Below, piece by piece: positions 1 through 11,016 of a stretch of 56,784 nt of DNA. The stretch is from Candidatus Zapsychrus exili (GTDB lineage Bacteria > Omnitrophota > Gorgyraeia > Zapsychrales > Zapsychraceae): contig JAVCCJ010000020.1 of the NCBI GenBank assembly GCA_030765585.1, positions 1-56,784 on the forward strand, read 5' to 3'. The position numbers and the translations under genes were made by a program. Position 1 is the stretch's first letter, and each line of letters starts with the position of its first letter. The notes beneath the pieces are model-generated. The model ran no database searches. It saw only the letters and a program-made list of their open reading frames with translations, and was not told the origin of the DNA.

Positions 1-1577
<1,577 letters not shown>

Positions 1578-1638
1578 ATAAGAAGTGTTCTGGCTAGAAG
1601 ATTTATATTTTTTTATTTTGTACCAAAAAAATCAAACA

Positions 1639-2727
1639 CTATATTCTCATTGGTAACACTAAATACAGATAGTTTTCTAGGCGCATAACTGCGGGTTTAT
1701 CTGCCCCACCAAACTCTATTCCAATCTGCTGCTCTCCAACAACTTTTAAAAAATCAATTAAAAATTGAGGATTAAATCCCATCACAGCTTCTGGACCATC
1801 ATACTCTATCAAAATTTCTTCCCTTGATTCTCCAACATCAGGTGTTGTTTTAGAAACCACCAACTTATCATTAAAGATCTCAAACTTTATAGCTTGAAAA
1901 TCTGGTGTAGATAATAAATTAGCTCTTCTTATAGAAGAAAGAAGTTCTTTTGTGTTTACTTTAACTATGTTTTTAAATGGTTTTGGTATAACTTGATTAT
2001 AGTTGGGAAATTCTCCTTCAATTATACGTGTTGCAATAAGAACCCCATCAATATCAAATAAAATTTGATTAGCGCTAACAACAAAAGATACACTTCCTTC
2101 TGTTTTTAGGTTTTTTAGTATCTCATGAACTGCTTTTGTTGGAATAATAACAGCTATTTCTTTACCTATAGAGTTGACTATTTTGTTTTCACTTTTAGCT
2201 AATCTTCTGCCATCTGTTGCTACAAGCCGTATCATATCTCCGTTTATTTCAAAAAGAATGCCGTTTAAAACATATCTTGACTCTTCATGCGAAACAGAGA
2301 AACATGTCAAAGACAACATTTCTCTCAACATATCTTGCTCTATCTGAAAAACTTCTTTATCTTTAAACTCTGGAAATTTAGGAAACTCTTCTTTTGGTAA
2401 ACCTATTAGCTTGAATCTACAATTTCTACCTTCTATATCTATGTGGTTGTTTTTCTTGGCATTGATCAATATTTCATCAGGTGGCAATTCTTTAACTATG
2501 TCGTTAAACCTTTTTGCTGGAATAGTTATTGCCCCTTCTTCAAGGGTTTCCACAGGAATTTCACAAGATATACCAATGTCTAGGTCGGTTGCATTTAATT
2601 TTAATATATCCCCCTTCACCTCAAGTAATATATTAGAAAGTATTGGTAATGTTGTTTTTGATGACGCAACGTTTTGAACTGTCTGTATGCCTGCTACGAG
2701 AATATCTTTTTGTATTTTAAATTTCAT
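1639..2727 (-). CDS. dnaN: DNA polymerase III beta sliding clamp
   Basis: 362 aa, LPILSNILL, ATDGRRLA, C-terminal LVLPMRI. Confidence 0.98.
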   Translation of the reverse strand: MKFKIQKDILVAGIQTVQNVASSKTTLPILSNILLEVKGDILKLNATDLDIGISCEIPVETLEEGAITIPAKRFNDIVKELPPDEILINAKKNNHIDIEGRNCRFKLIGLPKEEFPKFPEFKDKEVFQIEQDMLREMLSLTCFSVSHEESRYVLNGILFEINGDMIRLVATDGRRLAKSENKIVNSIGKEIAVIIPTKAVHEILKNLKTEGSVSFVVSANQILFDIDGVLIATRIIEGEFPNYNQVIPKPFKNIVKVNTKELLSSIRRANLLSTPDFQAIKFEIFNDKLVVSKTTPDVGESREEILIEYDGPEAVMGFNPQFLIDFLKVVGEQQIGIEFGGADKPAVMRLENYLYLVLPMRI

Positions 2728-2879
2728 TTTATTAACAACCTTCCTTATCTATATAGTTAATTAAACTAGTAATCGTTGTAATAGGAGACCTTAAAACCTT
2801 TGAATAAAGATATAAGTTGTTGATATACAATGCTTTATTCAAAACAAAACCTGTTAATATGTGGTTAATCTAACATGCA
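2728..2879. other. Probable oriC unwinding region (degenerate DnaA boxes plus DnaA-trio-like run)
   Basis: dnaA-dnaN spacer. Minus strand carries TTAACCACA, ATATTAACA, ATATCAACA, TTATTCAAA, then GTCTCC, then TAT TAC AAC GAT TAC TAG (plus-strand 2766-2785), then AT-rich DNA; gene strand switches nearby. Confidence 0.7.
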
Positions 2880-4220
2880 TTACTGTTGTAATGTTGTGTT
2901 TAACTGGCTTATTGTGTTCTTTAGCCCAACGTCGCTTTCTAAAGCCTGTTCTATTTTTTTACAAGAATGTAAAACTGTTGTATGATCTTTGCCGCCAAAC
3001 GCATTGCCGATTTCAGGTAAAGAAAGGTTGGTCAGCTGTCTTGCAAGATGCATAGCAATCTGCCTTGCTAAAACAATGTTTTTATTTCTTCTTTTTGCTC
3101 TTATGTCAGCCAAAGACATATTAAAATGTTTTACAACTTCTTTTTGTACCATTTCAATTGTGATAATTTTTGCGGTTTCCTTAACCATATCTTTAAGGGT
3201 TGCTTTTGCCACATCAAGTGTTAGCGGCTTTTCTTCTAATAAAGCATATGCTGCAACGCGAATCAATGCTCCCTCTAACTCCCTTATGTTTGTTTTTATT
3301 TGTTCGGCTATAAAATAAATTATATCTTCTGGCATTTTAGTGGGTTCGTTCTCCATCTTTTTCTTTAAAATAGCTACTCTTGTCTCGAAGTCTGGCGGCT
3401 GAACATCTGCAATTAATCCCCATGCAAAGCGCGAACTTAAACGCTCTTCCAAATTAGCTATTTCTTTCGGAGGTCTATCTGATGTTAATATAATTTGTTT
3501 TCTATTGTCGTGCAGATTATTAAATGTATGAAAAAACTCCTCCTGTGTTGATTCTTTTCCGGCAATGAATTGTATATCGTCGATTAATAATACATCAATA
3601 TCTCTATATTTTTTTCTAAACTGTTGTGTTGATCGATGGCGAATAGCGTCGATTAACTCGTTTGTGAATTTTTCTGATGACATGTAGCAATGTTTGAGTT
3701 CCGGATGAAGCTCTCTAATTTTATGAGTTATTGCTTGAATTAAATGGGTTTTGCCTAAACCAACATTGCCATATAAAAGCAAAGGATTATATGCTTTTGC
3801 TGGAGATTCTGCAACAGCTAGGCTTGCAGCACAAGCAAATCTGTTAGACGAGCCTATGACAAAGTTTCCAAAAGTAAAGCGAGAATTTAAGCTGTTTGGG
3901 GATTTGCCAGTACCACTTTTTGTAAAGTCTTGTTCAAATTTTAATAGACGAGTTTTTGTTTCTTTTGGGAGGATGTTTGTGTTTACTAAAAATTCAACTT
4001 GGACGGGAAATTCTGCAAGTTTGCTCATTATCTCCACGATGAGGTCTTGATAATGCTCTATTATCCAGTTTTTAAAAAAATCATCTGGAGCATAAATAGC
4101 GAGCATATTATCTCTTGATTCTTTAACTTGTACGGTGGCAAACCAAGTTTCATAAGACGTTTGTCCAACCTTTTGTTGTATTTCTGTTTGGGCTTTTTGC
4201 CAGATGTCTGTAAGATTCAT
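2880..4220 (-). CDS. dnaA: Chromosomal replication initiator DnaA
   Basis: YNPLLLYGNVGLGKTHL, DVLLIDDIQF, GGKDHTTVLHS. Confidence 0.99.
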   Translation of the reverse strand: MNLTDIWQKAQTEIQQKVGQTSYETWFATVQVKESRDNMLAIYAPDDFFKNWIIEHYQDLIVEIMSKLAEFPVQVEFLVNTNILPKETKTRLLKFEQDFTKSGTGKSPNSLNSRFTFGNFVIGSSNRFACAASLAVAESPAKAYNPLLLYGNVGLGKTHLIQAITHKIRELHPELKHCYMSSEKFTNELIDAIRHRSTQQFRKKYRDIDVLLIDDIQFIAGKESTQEEFFHTFNNLHDNRKQIILTSDRPPKEIANLEERLSSRFAWGLIADVQPPDFETRVAILKKKMENEPTKMPEDIIYFIAEQIKTNIRELEGALIRVAAYALLEEKPLTLDVAKATLKDMVKETAKIITIEMVQKEVVKHFNMSLADIRAKRRNKNIVLARQIAMHLARQLTNLSLPEIGNAFGGKDHTTVLHSCKKIEQALESDVGLKNTISQLNTTLQQ

Positions 4221-4780
4221 ATTGATTAAGCTGTATTTCCTTATAGTATTGCCAATTGACTAGGATAACTCTAAGCTTGTAAATAGTTGAAAATAAAACA
4301 GTTAGAACATTTAAAATAACATATTAACAAGTTTTCCACAATGGCCATATGTTTTGTTGATCGATCTTGTTTATATAATGTACTTCTTGTAGGTTATTAT
4401 TTACAAACAATAAAATATTAATAAAAACAAAGAACAAAAAGATTTATTTTTATAATAGACATTCTTGCCGAGAAGACATTGTTTTAAAATTTAAATATTT
4501 TATTATAATAATATGCAATAAGATTTTTGCGCTACAAAAGTCTGTTGTGTAAAAAGTTTGATTATTATAACAAAGAATCTTTTTAATTCAAATCAAATTT
4601 TAAAAGAGCTGTAAACCCAACGGATTGTTTAGCTTTTGTTTATAAAATATTTGTTTGATATTAATTCAATATTGTTTGTTGCGTAGGCCTTCCCCTATTT
4701 TTATTATTCTTTCGACGATAAATTAAGAATACGCATAGTTTTTAAAAGGATGTAAGATTTAATTTCTAAACAGCCAAAAT
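4221..4780. promoter_or_regulatory. AT-rich dnaA-rpmH divergent intergenic region, likely upstream half of a bipartite oriC
   Basis: No credible ORF; DnaA-box-like ATATTAACA (4321) and TTTTCCACA (4332). Confidence 0.5.
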
Positions 4781-4783
4781 AAC

Positions 4784-4811
4784 TTGACTAACAAAAGTCG
4801 TATGCTATAAT
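4784..4811 (+). promoter_or_regulatory. Sigma70-type promoter for rpmH
   Basis: TTGACT-16 nt-TATAAT with TG extended -10; ATG 10 nt downstream. Confidence 0.6.
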
Positions 4812-4820
4812 TGACAAATT

Positions 4821-4958
4821 ATGAAAAAGAATTTAAAGACACCAACTAACATTAAAGGCAAAAGAGTTCATGGTTTTCGTAAAAGAATGGAAACTTCAAG
4901 TGGACAAGATGTCTTAAAAAGAAGGCGTGCCAAAGGCCGCGCAAAGCTTACTAAATAA
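4821..4958 (+). CDS. rpmH: 50S ribosomal protein L34 (not in ORF track)
   Basis: [45 protein letters not shown]. Confidence 0.97.
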   Translation: MKKNLKTPTNIKGKRVHGFRKRMETSSGQDVLKRRRAKGRAKLTK

Positions 4959-5085
4959 TATTAGTATCTATATGACCCGGATTTTGTGCTATTAAAGTTC
5001 GGGTTCAATTAATTTAAGGCCTAAACACCTTTTTGTTTTAAGATATTAAGTATTTGTTGACAAGCGAAGCGTTGACTATATTGTT

Positions 5086-6699
5086 ATGGAAAAGAGATTA
5101 TTTTTAGCAATTATTTTGTCTGTTGCAATTTTGTATGTTTGGTCTGCAATGAACCCCAGACAGCAAGTAATTCAACCTCAAACCAATGTATCACAAGTTG
5201 TTGGTGTGCAAGAGGATATAGCTCTTGCTCCCTCCCCTTTTGTTAATTCACAAGAACCAGTTAAAGTACAGTCTAGTATTGCTCCTGTCGTTGAGAAAAT
5301 ATATATACTTGAAGCTAGTAAGCTTTTGGTAGAATTTTCTAATATTGGAGGCAAGCCTACAAAAGTGTTGATAAAAGATTATGACACAACTTTACCTATT
5401 AAGGATATCAATGGTTTGTCTGGGTATGAAAATGTTGAGTTTGCCGTAAGAGCCTCATCTGGCAATAAGATAGAATATGAATATAAGGACGATTTGATAG
5501 AGGTAATTAAATCGTATGAAATATTTGAAGATGAATATACTGTTAGGGCTAATGTTACTATAGAAAAACTTTCGGATATGTCCAATCTGAACGATATTGC
5601 AATCAATGCCTTTTCTTTGGATATGTCCAATCTGACCAGCAAGAAGCAAGACATCTCATCGTCTAGAGATAAATCTTTGTTTGAGTACATTGTTACTACT
5701 GACCAAGGTATATTTAGGAAGGCAAAAGCTTTTAAGTTCTCTGAAAAAGACAACAAGCAAGAGCAAGTGCAGGTTAATTGGTTTGGCTTTAGAAATAGAT
5801 ATTTTTGCGCGCTATTTCATCCTGAATATGTATCTTCTGGATATACTATAGAGAGCAAAGGTGACAAGACGTTACAATTGAGCCTATCATCTACTGGCGA
5901 TAACAGACAAAGAGTAGAGTTGGCTTCAACAATATATATTGGCCCTGAGAAATTGGATATATTAAAAGAATATGGCTTGGGCTTTGAGAAGATTAGAAGA
6001 TATTATAAGTTAGGACTTTTTGACTCTATTGCAAAGGTTATTAATACTGTTATAGCATTGTTGCATAAAATTGTTCCAAATTGGGGAATTTGTATCATAT
6101 TAGTTAGTTTTATTATATATTTTTCAATGTATCCGCTTACTATTAGAAGTTTGTCTTCTATGAAGAAAATGCAAGCTCTACAGCCAAAAATAAATGCTTT
6201 AAAGGAAAAACATAAGAATAGTCCTCAAAAAATGAATAAAGAAACAATGGAATTATATAAAGAGTATAAAATAAATCCATTGGGAGGATGCTTGCCAATG
6301 TTATTGCAAATGCCAGTTTTCATTGGTCTATATCAAGTTTTATGGAGATCAGTGTCTTTTAAGGGGGCGCATTTTCTATGGATTAAAGATTTATCACAAC
6401 CGGACAGATTGTTTATTTTGCCGTATAGTTTGCCTATTATTGGTAACGAAATCAATATCTTACCTTTATTAATGATGGTTGTTATGTTTTTTCAGCAGAA
6501 ATTTTCAACAAAGAATATGGCAACTACAGATCCAAGCCAGGCAGCACAGCAAAAAATGATGGCAACAATATTTCCTATATTTTTAGGTTTTATATTTTAT
6601 AAGTTTGCAAGTGGATTGGCGCTTTATTTTACCATGTTTTATTTGCTTTCTACATATACCCAGTGGAAGATGTCCAAAGATACAAAGGTTATTGCTTAA
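5086..6699 (+). CDS. yidC: Membrane protein insertase YidC
   Basis: N-terminal TM, periplasmic domain, NPLGGCLPMLLQMPVF, FLWIKDLS. Confidence 0.97.
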   Translation: MEKRLFLAIILSVAILYVWSAMNPRQQVIQPQTNVSQVVGVQEDIALAPSPFVNSQEPVKVQSSIAPVVEKIYILEASKLLVEFSNIGGKPTKVLIKDYDTTLPIKDINGLSGYENVEFAVRASSGNKIEYEYKDDLIEVIKSYEIFEDEYTVRANVTIEKLSDMSNLNDIAINAFSLDMSNLTSKKQDISSSRDKSLFEYIVTTDQGIFRKAKAFKFSEKDNKQEQVQVNWFGFRNRYFCALFHPEYVSSGYTIESKGDKTLQLSLSSTGDNRQRVELASTIYIGPEKLDILKEYGLGFEKIRRYYKLGLFDSIAKVINTVIALLHKIVPNWGICIILVSFIIYFSMYPLTIRSLSSMKKMQALQPKINALKEKHKNSPQKMNKETMELYKEYKINPLGGCLPMLLQMPVFIGLYQVLWRSVSFKGAHFLWIKDLSQPDRLFILPYSLPIIGNEINILPLLMMVVMFFQQKFSTKNMATTDPSQAAQQKMMATIFPIFLGFIFYKFASGLALYFTMFYLLSTYTQWKMSKDTKVIA

Positions 6700-6700
6700 T

Positions 6701-6907
6701 ATGGCAGATCAAATGAAAAAAAGTATAGAAGTTGAAGGTAGTACTGTAGAAGAGGCTATTGGAAAGGCTCTTGGCATTCTTAATGTTTCTCGTGAAGATA
6801 TTGTTGTGAAGATAGTATGCGAAGAACAAAAGGGTTTATTTGGCATGGAAGGCGCAAAGCTAGCGAAGATTAAAGTTGCTTTAAAAGAAAATGACAAGAA
6901 TACTTGA
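6701..6907 (+). CDS. Jag N-terminal-domain-only protein (68 aa)
   Basis: KSIEVEGSTVEEAIGKAL...EEQKGLFGMEGAKLAKIKV = Jag_N; ATG 2 nt after yidC stop; no KH/R3H domains. Confidence 0.8.
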   Translation: MADQMKKSIEVEGSTVEEAIGKALGILNVSREDIVVKIVCEEQKGLFGMEGAKLAKIKVALKENDKNT

Positions 6908-6953
6908 TTTTTGTCTATATTGCTAGTATAAAGATAGTAGGTTAAATATTGCA

Positions 6954-6969
6954 TGTTTCACGTGAAACA
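6954..6969. promoter_or_regulatory. parS centromere site
   Basis: Perfect consensus TGTTTCACGTGAAACA upstream of parA. Confidence 0.95.
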
Positions 6970-6988
6970 TGTTTGATAAGTCTATTAG

Positions 6989-7004
6989 CGTTTCACGTGA
7001 AACG
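6989..7004. promoter_or_regulatory. parS centromere site (second copy)
   Basis: Palindrome CGTTTCACGTGAAACG. Confidence 0.9.
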
Positions 7005-7030
7005 CATCCCTCAACTCATATTTATATAAT

Positions 7031-7846
7031 ATGTCTAAAATCATTTCAATTTGTAATCAAAAAGGTGGAACAGGCAAAACCACAACAACGGTTAACTTAG
7101 CTGCTGCTTTAGCAGAGCTAGGCAAGAAAGTACTGATTGTTGATACAGACCCTCAGGGCAACGCTACAAGTGGAGTGGGGGTTAACAAGAGCGAGCTAGA
7201 CAAGACAATATATGATGTCTTGCTCAATAAGACAAGCGCCGAAGAAGCTTTGATTCGCAATGTTTGTCCCAACTTAGATATTATCCCATGTAACATTAAT
7301 TTAACAGGAGCAGAGATTGAGCTTGTTGGAGCTATTTCTAGAGAGACGCGCCTTAAGAAAGCCTTAGAAGTTATTCAGGCTAATTATGATTATATCTTCA
7401 TAGATTCTCCGCCATCCTTAGGACTGCTAACATTAAATGCTCTTGTAGCAAGTCGTTCGATTATAGTTCCTATACAATGTGAGTTTTATGCTTTAGAGGG
7501 AGTATCACAGCTTTTAAATACTTTTCATTTGGTTAGGGAGGGACTTAATCAAGAGTTACAGATAGAGGGCATTTTGATGACGATGGCTGATTTTAGAACA
7601 AATCTCACCACAGAAGTTATTAATGAGATTAAGAATTATTTTAAAGATAAAGTTTATAATGCGATCATTCCTAGAAATATTCGTTTAAGTGAAGCGCCTA
7701 GTCATGGTAAGCCAATTATGGATTATGATAGTAACTCTATTGGTGCTCAGAAATATAGAGAGCTTGCCCGAGAGGTTGCTGGGATAGCAAATGATGATGC
7801 TAAGCCGTTGCAGTCCAACGATTTAGAGAAATCAGCCCAAGAATAA
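7031..7846 (+). CDS. parA: Chromosome partitioning ATPase ParA/Soj
   Basis: NQKGGTGKTTT deviant Walker A, DPQGNA, IDSPPSLG. Confidence 0.97.
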   Translation: MSKIISICNQKGGTGKTTTTVNLAAALAELGKKVLIVDTDPQGNATSGVGVNKSELDKTIYDVLLNKTSAEEALIRNVCPNLDIIPCNINLTGAEIELVGAISRETRLKKALEVIQANYDYIFIDSPPSLGLLTLNALVASRSIIVPIQCEFYALEGVSQLLNTFHLVREGLNQELQIEGILMTMADFRTNLTTEVINEIKNYFKDKVYNAIIPRNIRLSEAPSHGKPIMDYDSNSIGAQKYRELAREVAGIANDDAKPLQSNDLEKSAQE

Positions 7847-7910
7847 TAAGTCAATGATTAATAAAATATTATTAATGTTCAATTAATGAACATTAATGGA
7901 GAAATATAAA

Positions 7911-8756
7911 ATGGACAAAAAAGCATTAGGCAAAGGACTTTCAGCTTTAATTCCTCAAAAAAAAGAAGTTGAGCATGATGGAGATATTTTATATATCGCA
8001 ACACGTCGCATAGAAGATAGTAATTTTCAGCCGAGAACAGATTACAATGATGACAAGTTAAATTCTCTTAAAGAGTCAATAAAAGAAAAAGGGATTTTAC
8101 AGCCTATACTTGTTCGTAGGCAAAATGATGGCTTTGAGGTTATTGCAGGAGAAAGACGTTTAAAAGCTGCTAGAGCGTTAAGCCTAGAGGAAATACCGGC
8201 AATTGTTCGCGATGTGACAGACAAAGAAGCTTTAGTTATTGCATTAATTGAAAACATTCAAAGAGAAGAGTTAAACCCAATTGAAGAAGCTGAGAGTTAT
8301 AAAAGATTAATTGATGAATTTCAGTATACACAAGAACAAATAGCAGTGTCTGTCGGAAAAGATAGATCAACTGTAAGCAATCTTCTTAGGCTTTTAAATC
8401 TTTCTGAAGAAATAAAAAAGGCAGTCGTACAAGGCTTGTTATCTGCTGGTCATGCTCGAACATTGTTAAGCATAGAATCGGATGAAGAAAGAGTTCTTAT
8501 TTATAATATAGCGGTAAAGAAAGAAATGTCTGTTCGAGAACTCGAGAACTTAATTAAGTCCAAAGCGCAAAGTGGGGCAAGGCGTGAAAGACAAGAAAAA
8601 ACAAAAGCGCAAGATATTCTTGCCGTAGAAGAAAGCCTTCAAAAATTACTTGGTACAAAAGTGCGTATTACGCCAAGTAAAAAAAGAGGTAAAATAGTTA
8701 TTGATTATTATTCTACAGAAGATTTAGATCGCATTGTCCGATCAATGATACAATGA
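7911..8756 (+). CDS. parB: Chromosome partitioning protein ParB/Spo0J
   Basis: KKALGKGLSALI, IAGERRLKA, ENIQREELNPIEEA; start at 7911 (GGAG upstream), 7896 also possible. Confidence 0.96.
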   Translation: MDKKALGKGLSALIPQKKEVEHDGDILYIATRRIEDSNFQPRTDYNDDKLNSLKESIKEKGILQPILVRRQNDGFEVIAGERRLKAARALSLEEIPAIVRDVTDKEALVIALIENIQREELNPIEEAESYKRLIDEFQYTQEQIAVSVGKDRSTVSNLLRLLNLSEEIKKAVVQGLLSAGHARTLLSIESDEERVLIYNIAVKKEMSVRELENLIKSKAQSGARRERQEKTKAQDILAVEESLQKLLGTKVRITPSKKRGKIVIDYYSTEDLDRIVRSMIQ

Positions 8757-9235
8757 AGCAACCAACCCTCGTTATTATTAAGCCCGACGCCATAAGAAAA
8801 CAATTAGCAGGAAAAGTTTTTTCTAAATTCTCTGTTGATTCTTTGGAAATTCTTGCCATTCGCATAGTCAAAACAACACAAAAATTAGTAGAAGAACATT
8901 ATAGGCATTTGAAGGATGCTCCATATTTTAAAAAATCTGTTTCGTCTTTACTAGGTACAACAAGGAAAGAGCGTAGTTTAATCGCAATGATTTTGTATGG
9001 AGAAGACTCTATAAAAAAATGTAGAGAAATTGCAGGAGCAACCAATCCTGAGGAGGCTAAACCCACTACGATAAGAGGTGCATACGGAAGAATAACTACG
9101 AATAATGTTTATGAAAATGTTGTGCATGTATCGTCGTCGGTAAAAGAATCTGAGAGAGAAATAAAATTGTGGTTTGGTGACGATAAAATAGTTTCTCAAT
9201 TGTATTCAAACAAACAAAAGATAAACAAAACATAA
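8753..9235 (+). CDS. ndk: Nucleoside diphosphate kinase
   Basis: TLVIIKPDA, GATNP, TIRG, NVVHVS (catalytic His), EREIKLWF. Confidence 0.92.
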   Translation: MKQPTLVIIKPDAIRKQLAGKVFSKFSVDSLEILAIRIVKTTQKLVEEHYRHLKDAPYFKKSVSSLLGTTRKERSLIAMILYGEDSIKKCREIAGATNPEEAKPTTIRGAYGRITTNNVYENVVHVSSSVKESEREIKLWFGDDKIVSQLYSNKQKINKT

Positions 9236-9252
9236 TAATGGGGACACACAAT

Positions 9253-10074
9253 ATGATAAAAGGAATGACAGGCTACGGAAGTAGTGAAGCATCGGCAGGT
9301 AAAACAAAAGTAACAGTTGAAATAAAAAGTGTTAATCATCGTTATCTCGACATAAGTTATTATTTGCCCATAGGGTGGAGTTCTGCTGAAAGCAAAATAA
9401 AACAACTTTTGCAAAAAGACATTAAAAGAGGTCGAATAACAGTTTCTATAAGGATTATGCAAAAGCTCGCACACACTATTACGCTCAATAAAGAGGTAGT
9501 AAAACAACATTTAAAACATGCAAATTCGTTAAGTAGAGAATTTAAACTAAAGAACGATTTGTCTTTAACAGATATTATTAAGTTGCCCGGAGTGCTGGAA
9601 TCAAAGGAAGTTTTAATTTCCGAAGCTTCTCTATGGCCCGCTATATCTCAAAGCCTTAAAAAGTCTCTGTCTAGCTTAGTTACAATGAGAAAAAGAGAAG
9701 GAATAAGTTTGTCTGTTGACGTAGCGGATAAGTTAAAAAGAATGACAGCACAAGCAAAAAAGATAAAAGATAGAGCTACATCTGTTTTAAAAAGTCAAAA
9801 GAAGAAATTGACAATAGACGAGTTTAAGTCTTTTCAAAAAAGTTCTGACATAAATGAAGAGTTGTCACGCCTTGGTCATTATATAAGTGAGATGAAACTT
9901 TTGATTAAAAGTAAGATTGCCGTCGGAAAGAAGATAGATTTTGTTGCTCAAGAAATGCAAAGGGAAACAAATACAATAGGTTCAAAATTGCAGGATAAGG
10001 TTGTATCAAGCGCAGTTATTGCCTTAAAAAGCAAAATTGAAAAGATTAGAGAACAAGCTCAAAACATTGAATAA
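9253..10074 (+). CDS. yicC: YicC/YloC-family endoribonuclease
   Basis: MIKGMTGYG, KSVNHRYLD, QEMQRETNTIGSK, EKIREQAQNIE; precedes gmk. Confidence 0.93.
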   Translation: MIKGMTGYGSSEASAGKTKVTVEIKSVNHRYLDISYYLPIGWSSAESKIKQLLQKDIKRGRITVSIRIMQKLAHTITLNKEVVKQHLKHANSLSREFKLKNDLSLTDIIKLPGVLESKEVLISEASLWPAISQSLKKSLSSLVTMRKREGISLSVDVADKLKRMTAQAKKIKDRATSVLKSQKKKLTIDEFKSFQKSSDINEELSRLGHYISEMKLLIKSKIAVGKKIDFVAQEMQRETNTIGSKLQDKVVSSAVIALKSKIEKIREQAQNIE

Positions 10075-10077
10075 CTT

Positions 10078-10656
10078 ATGAAAAATAATACTCACGTTTT
10101 TGTTCTTTCTGGTCCTTCTGGGTCAGGAAAAACCACTCTTTATCAGAAGCTTTTTAAAAGTGGAAAATTAAGAAATAAGTTGGCCAAGTCTATCTCTGTT
10201 ACCACTAGAGCTAAGCGCAAGGGAGAGGTTGATGGTCGTGATTATATTTTTGTAAGCAAAAAAATGTTTGAATATAAAAAGCGCACAGAACATTTTGTTG
10301 AGTGGCAAAAAGTGTTTGATTATTACTATGGCACGCCAAAGAAAAATGTTAGAGATATTTTAAAGACAGGTAAAAGCGTATTATTGTGTATTGATGTAAA
10401 AGGAGCAAAGGTTGTATTTAAGAAACTTAAGTCTGCAGTTAGCATTTTTGTTAGGCCACCATCAGCTAAAGAATTGCAGAAAAGATTGCAAAAAAGGGCA
10501 ACAGATAAAAAGAAGGTTATTGATTTGCGCTTAAAAATTGCAAAACAAGAGATGAAAGAAGCGAGCAATTATCAGCATATTATTGTAAATGATAATTTTG
10601 CAAAGTGTTACAGTAAGCTTGAGGGTATCATTTTAGATAGTCTTAATAATAAATAG
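10078..10656 (+). CDS. gmk: Guanylate kinase
   Basis: LSGPSGSGKTT, SVTTR, GEVDGRDYIF, YYGTP. Confidence 0.96.
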   Translation: MKNNTHVFVLSGPSGSGKTTLYQKLFKSGKLRNKLAKSISVTTRAKRKGEVDGRDYIFVSKKMFEYKKRTEHFVEWQKVFDYYYGTPKKNVRDILKTGKSVLLCIDVKGAKVVFKKLKSAVSIFVRPPSAKELQKRLQKRATDKKKVIDLRLKIAKQEMKEASNYQHIIVNDNFAKCYSKLEGIILDSLNNK

Positions 10657-10692
10657 TATTATAACTTTAATATTAGGCTATAAATAAGTCTT

Positions 10693-10721
10693 TTGACAAA
10701 CTCGGCTACTTGTGATATATA
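10693..10721 (+). promoter_or_regulatory. Sigma70-type promoter upstream of rpoZ
   Basis: TTGACA-17 nt-TATATA with TG extension. Confidence 0.55.
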
Positions 10722-10766
10722 TTATCCCTATTATATTTAGAATAAGTATTAAAGGAGCTAGATTTT

Positions 10767-11012
10767 ATGGAATATCAATCGTTAGAGAATATATTACCTA
10801 AGGCAGGCGGAAGTACCTACAGGCTTGTTCGTTTGGCATCAGCAAGGGCTTTAGAATTATCAGAAGGTAGAAAAAGCCTTGTTGAAACAACACCAACAGA
10901 AGCATTAACTACCATTGCTTTAAGAGAGATTTGTGAGGGTAAGGTCGTCGAAAAAAGCTCACTTGATGCTTTGGCAACACAAGAACCAGAAGAAAGTAAA
11001 CCAGAAGAATAA
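10767..11012 (+). CDS. rpoZ: RNA polymerase omega subunit
   Basis: YRLVRLASARALEL, TIALREICEG; between gmk and coa gene; AAGGAG RBS. Confidence 0.9.
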   Translation: MEYQSLENILPKAGGSTYRLVRLASARALELSEGRKSLVETTPTEALTTIALREICEGKVVEKSSLDALATQEPEESKPEE

Positions 11013-11016
11013 TATC

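Noticed and set aside
10933..11016. N-terminal extension of the coa ORF
   Set aside because: Overlaps rpoZ; homology starts at the GTG at 11017
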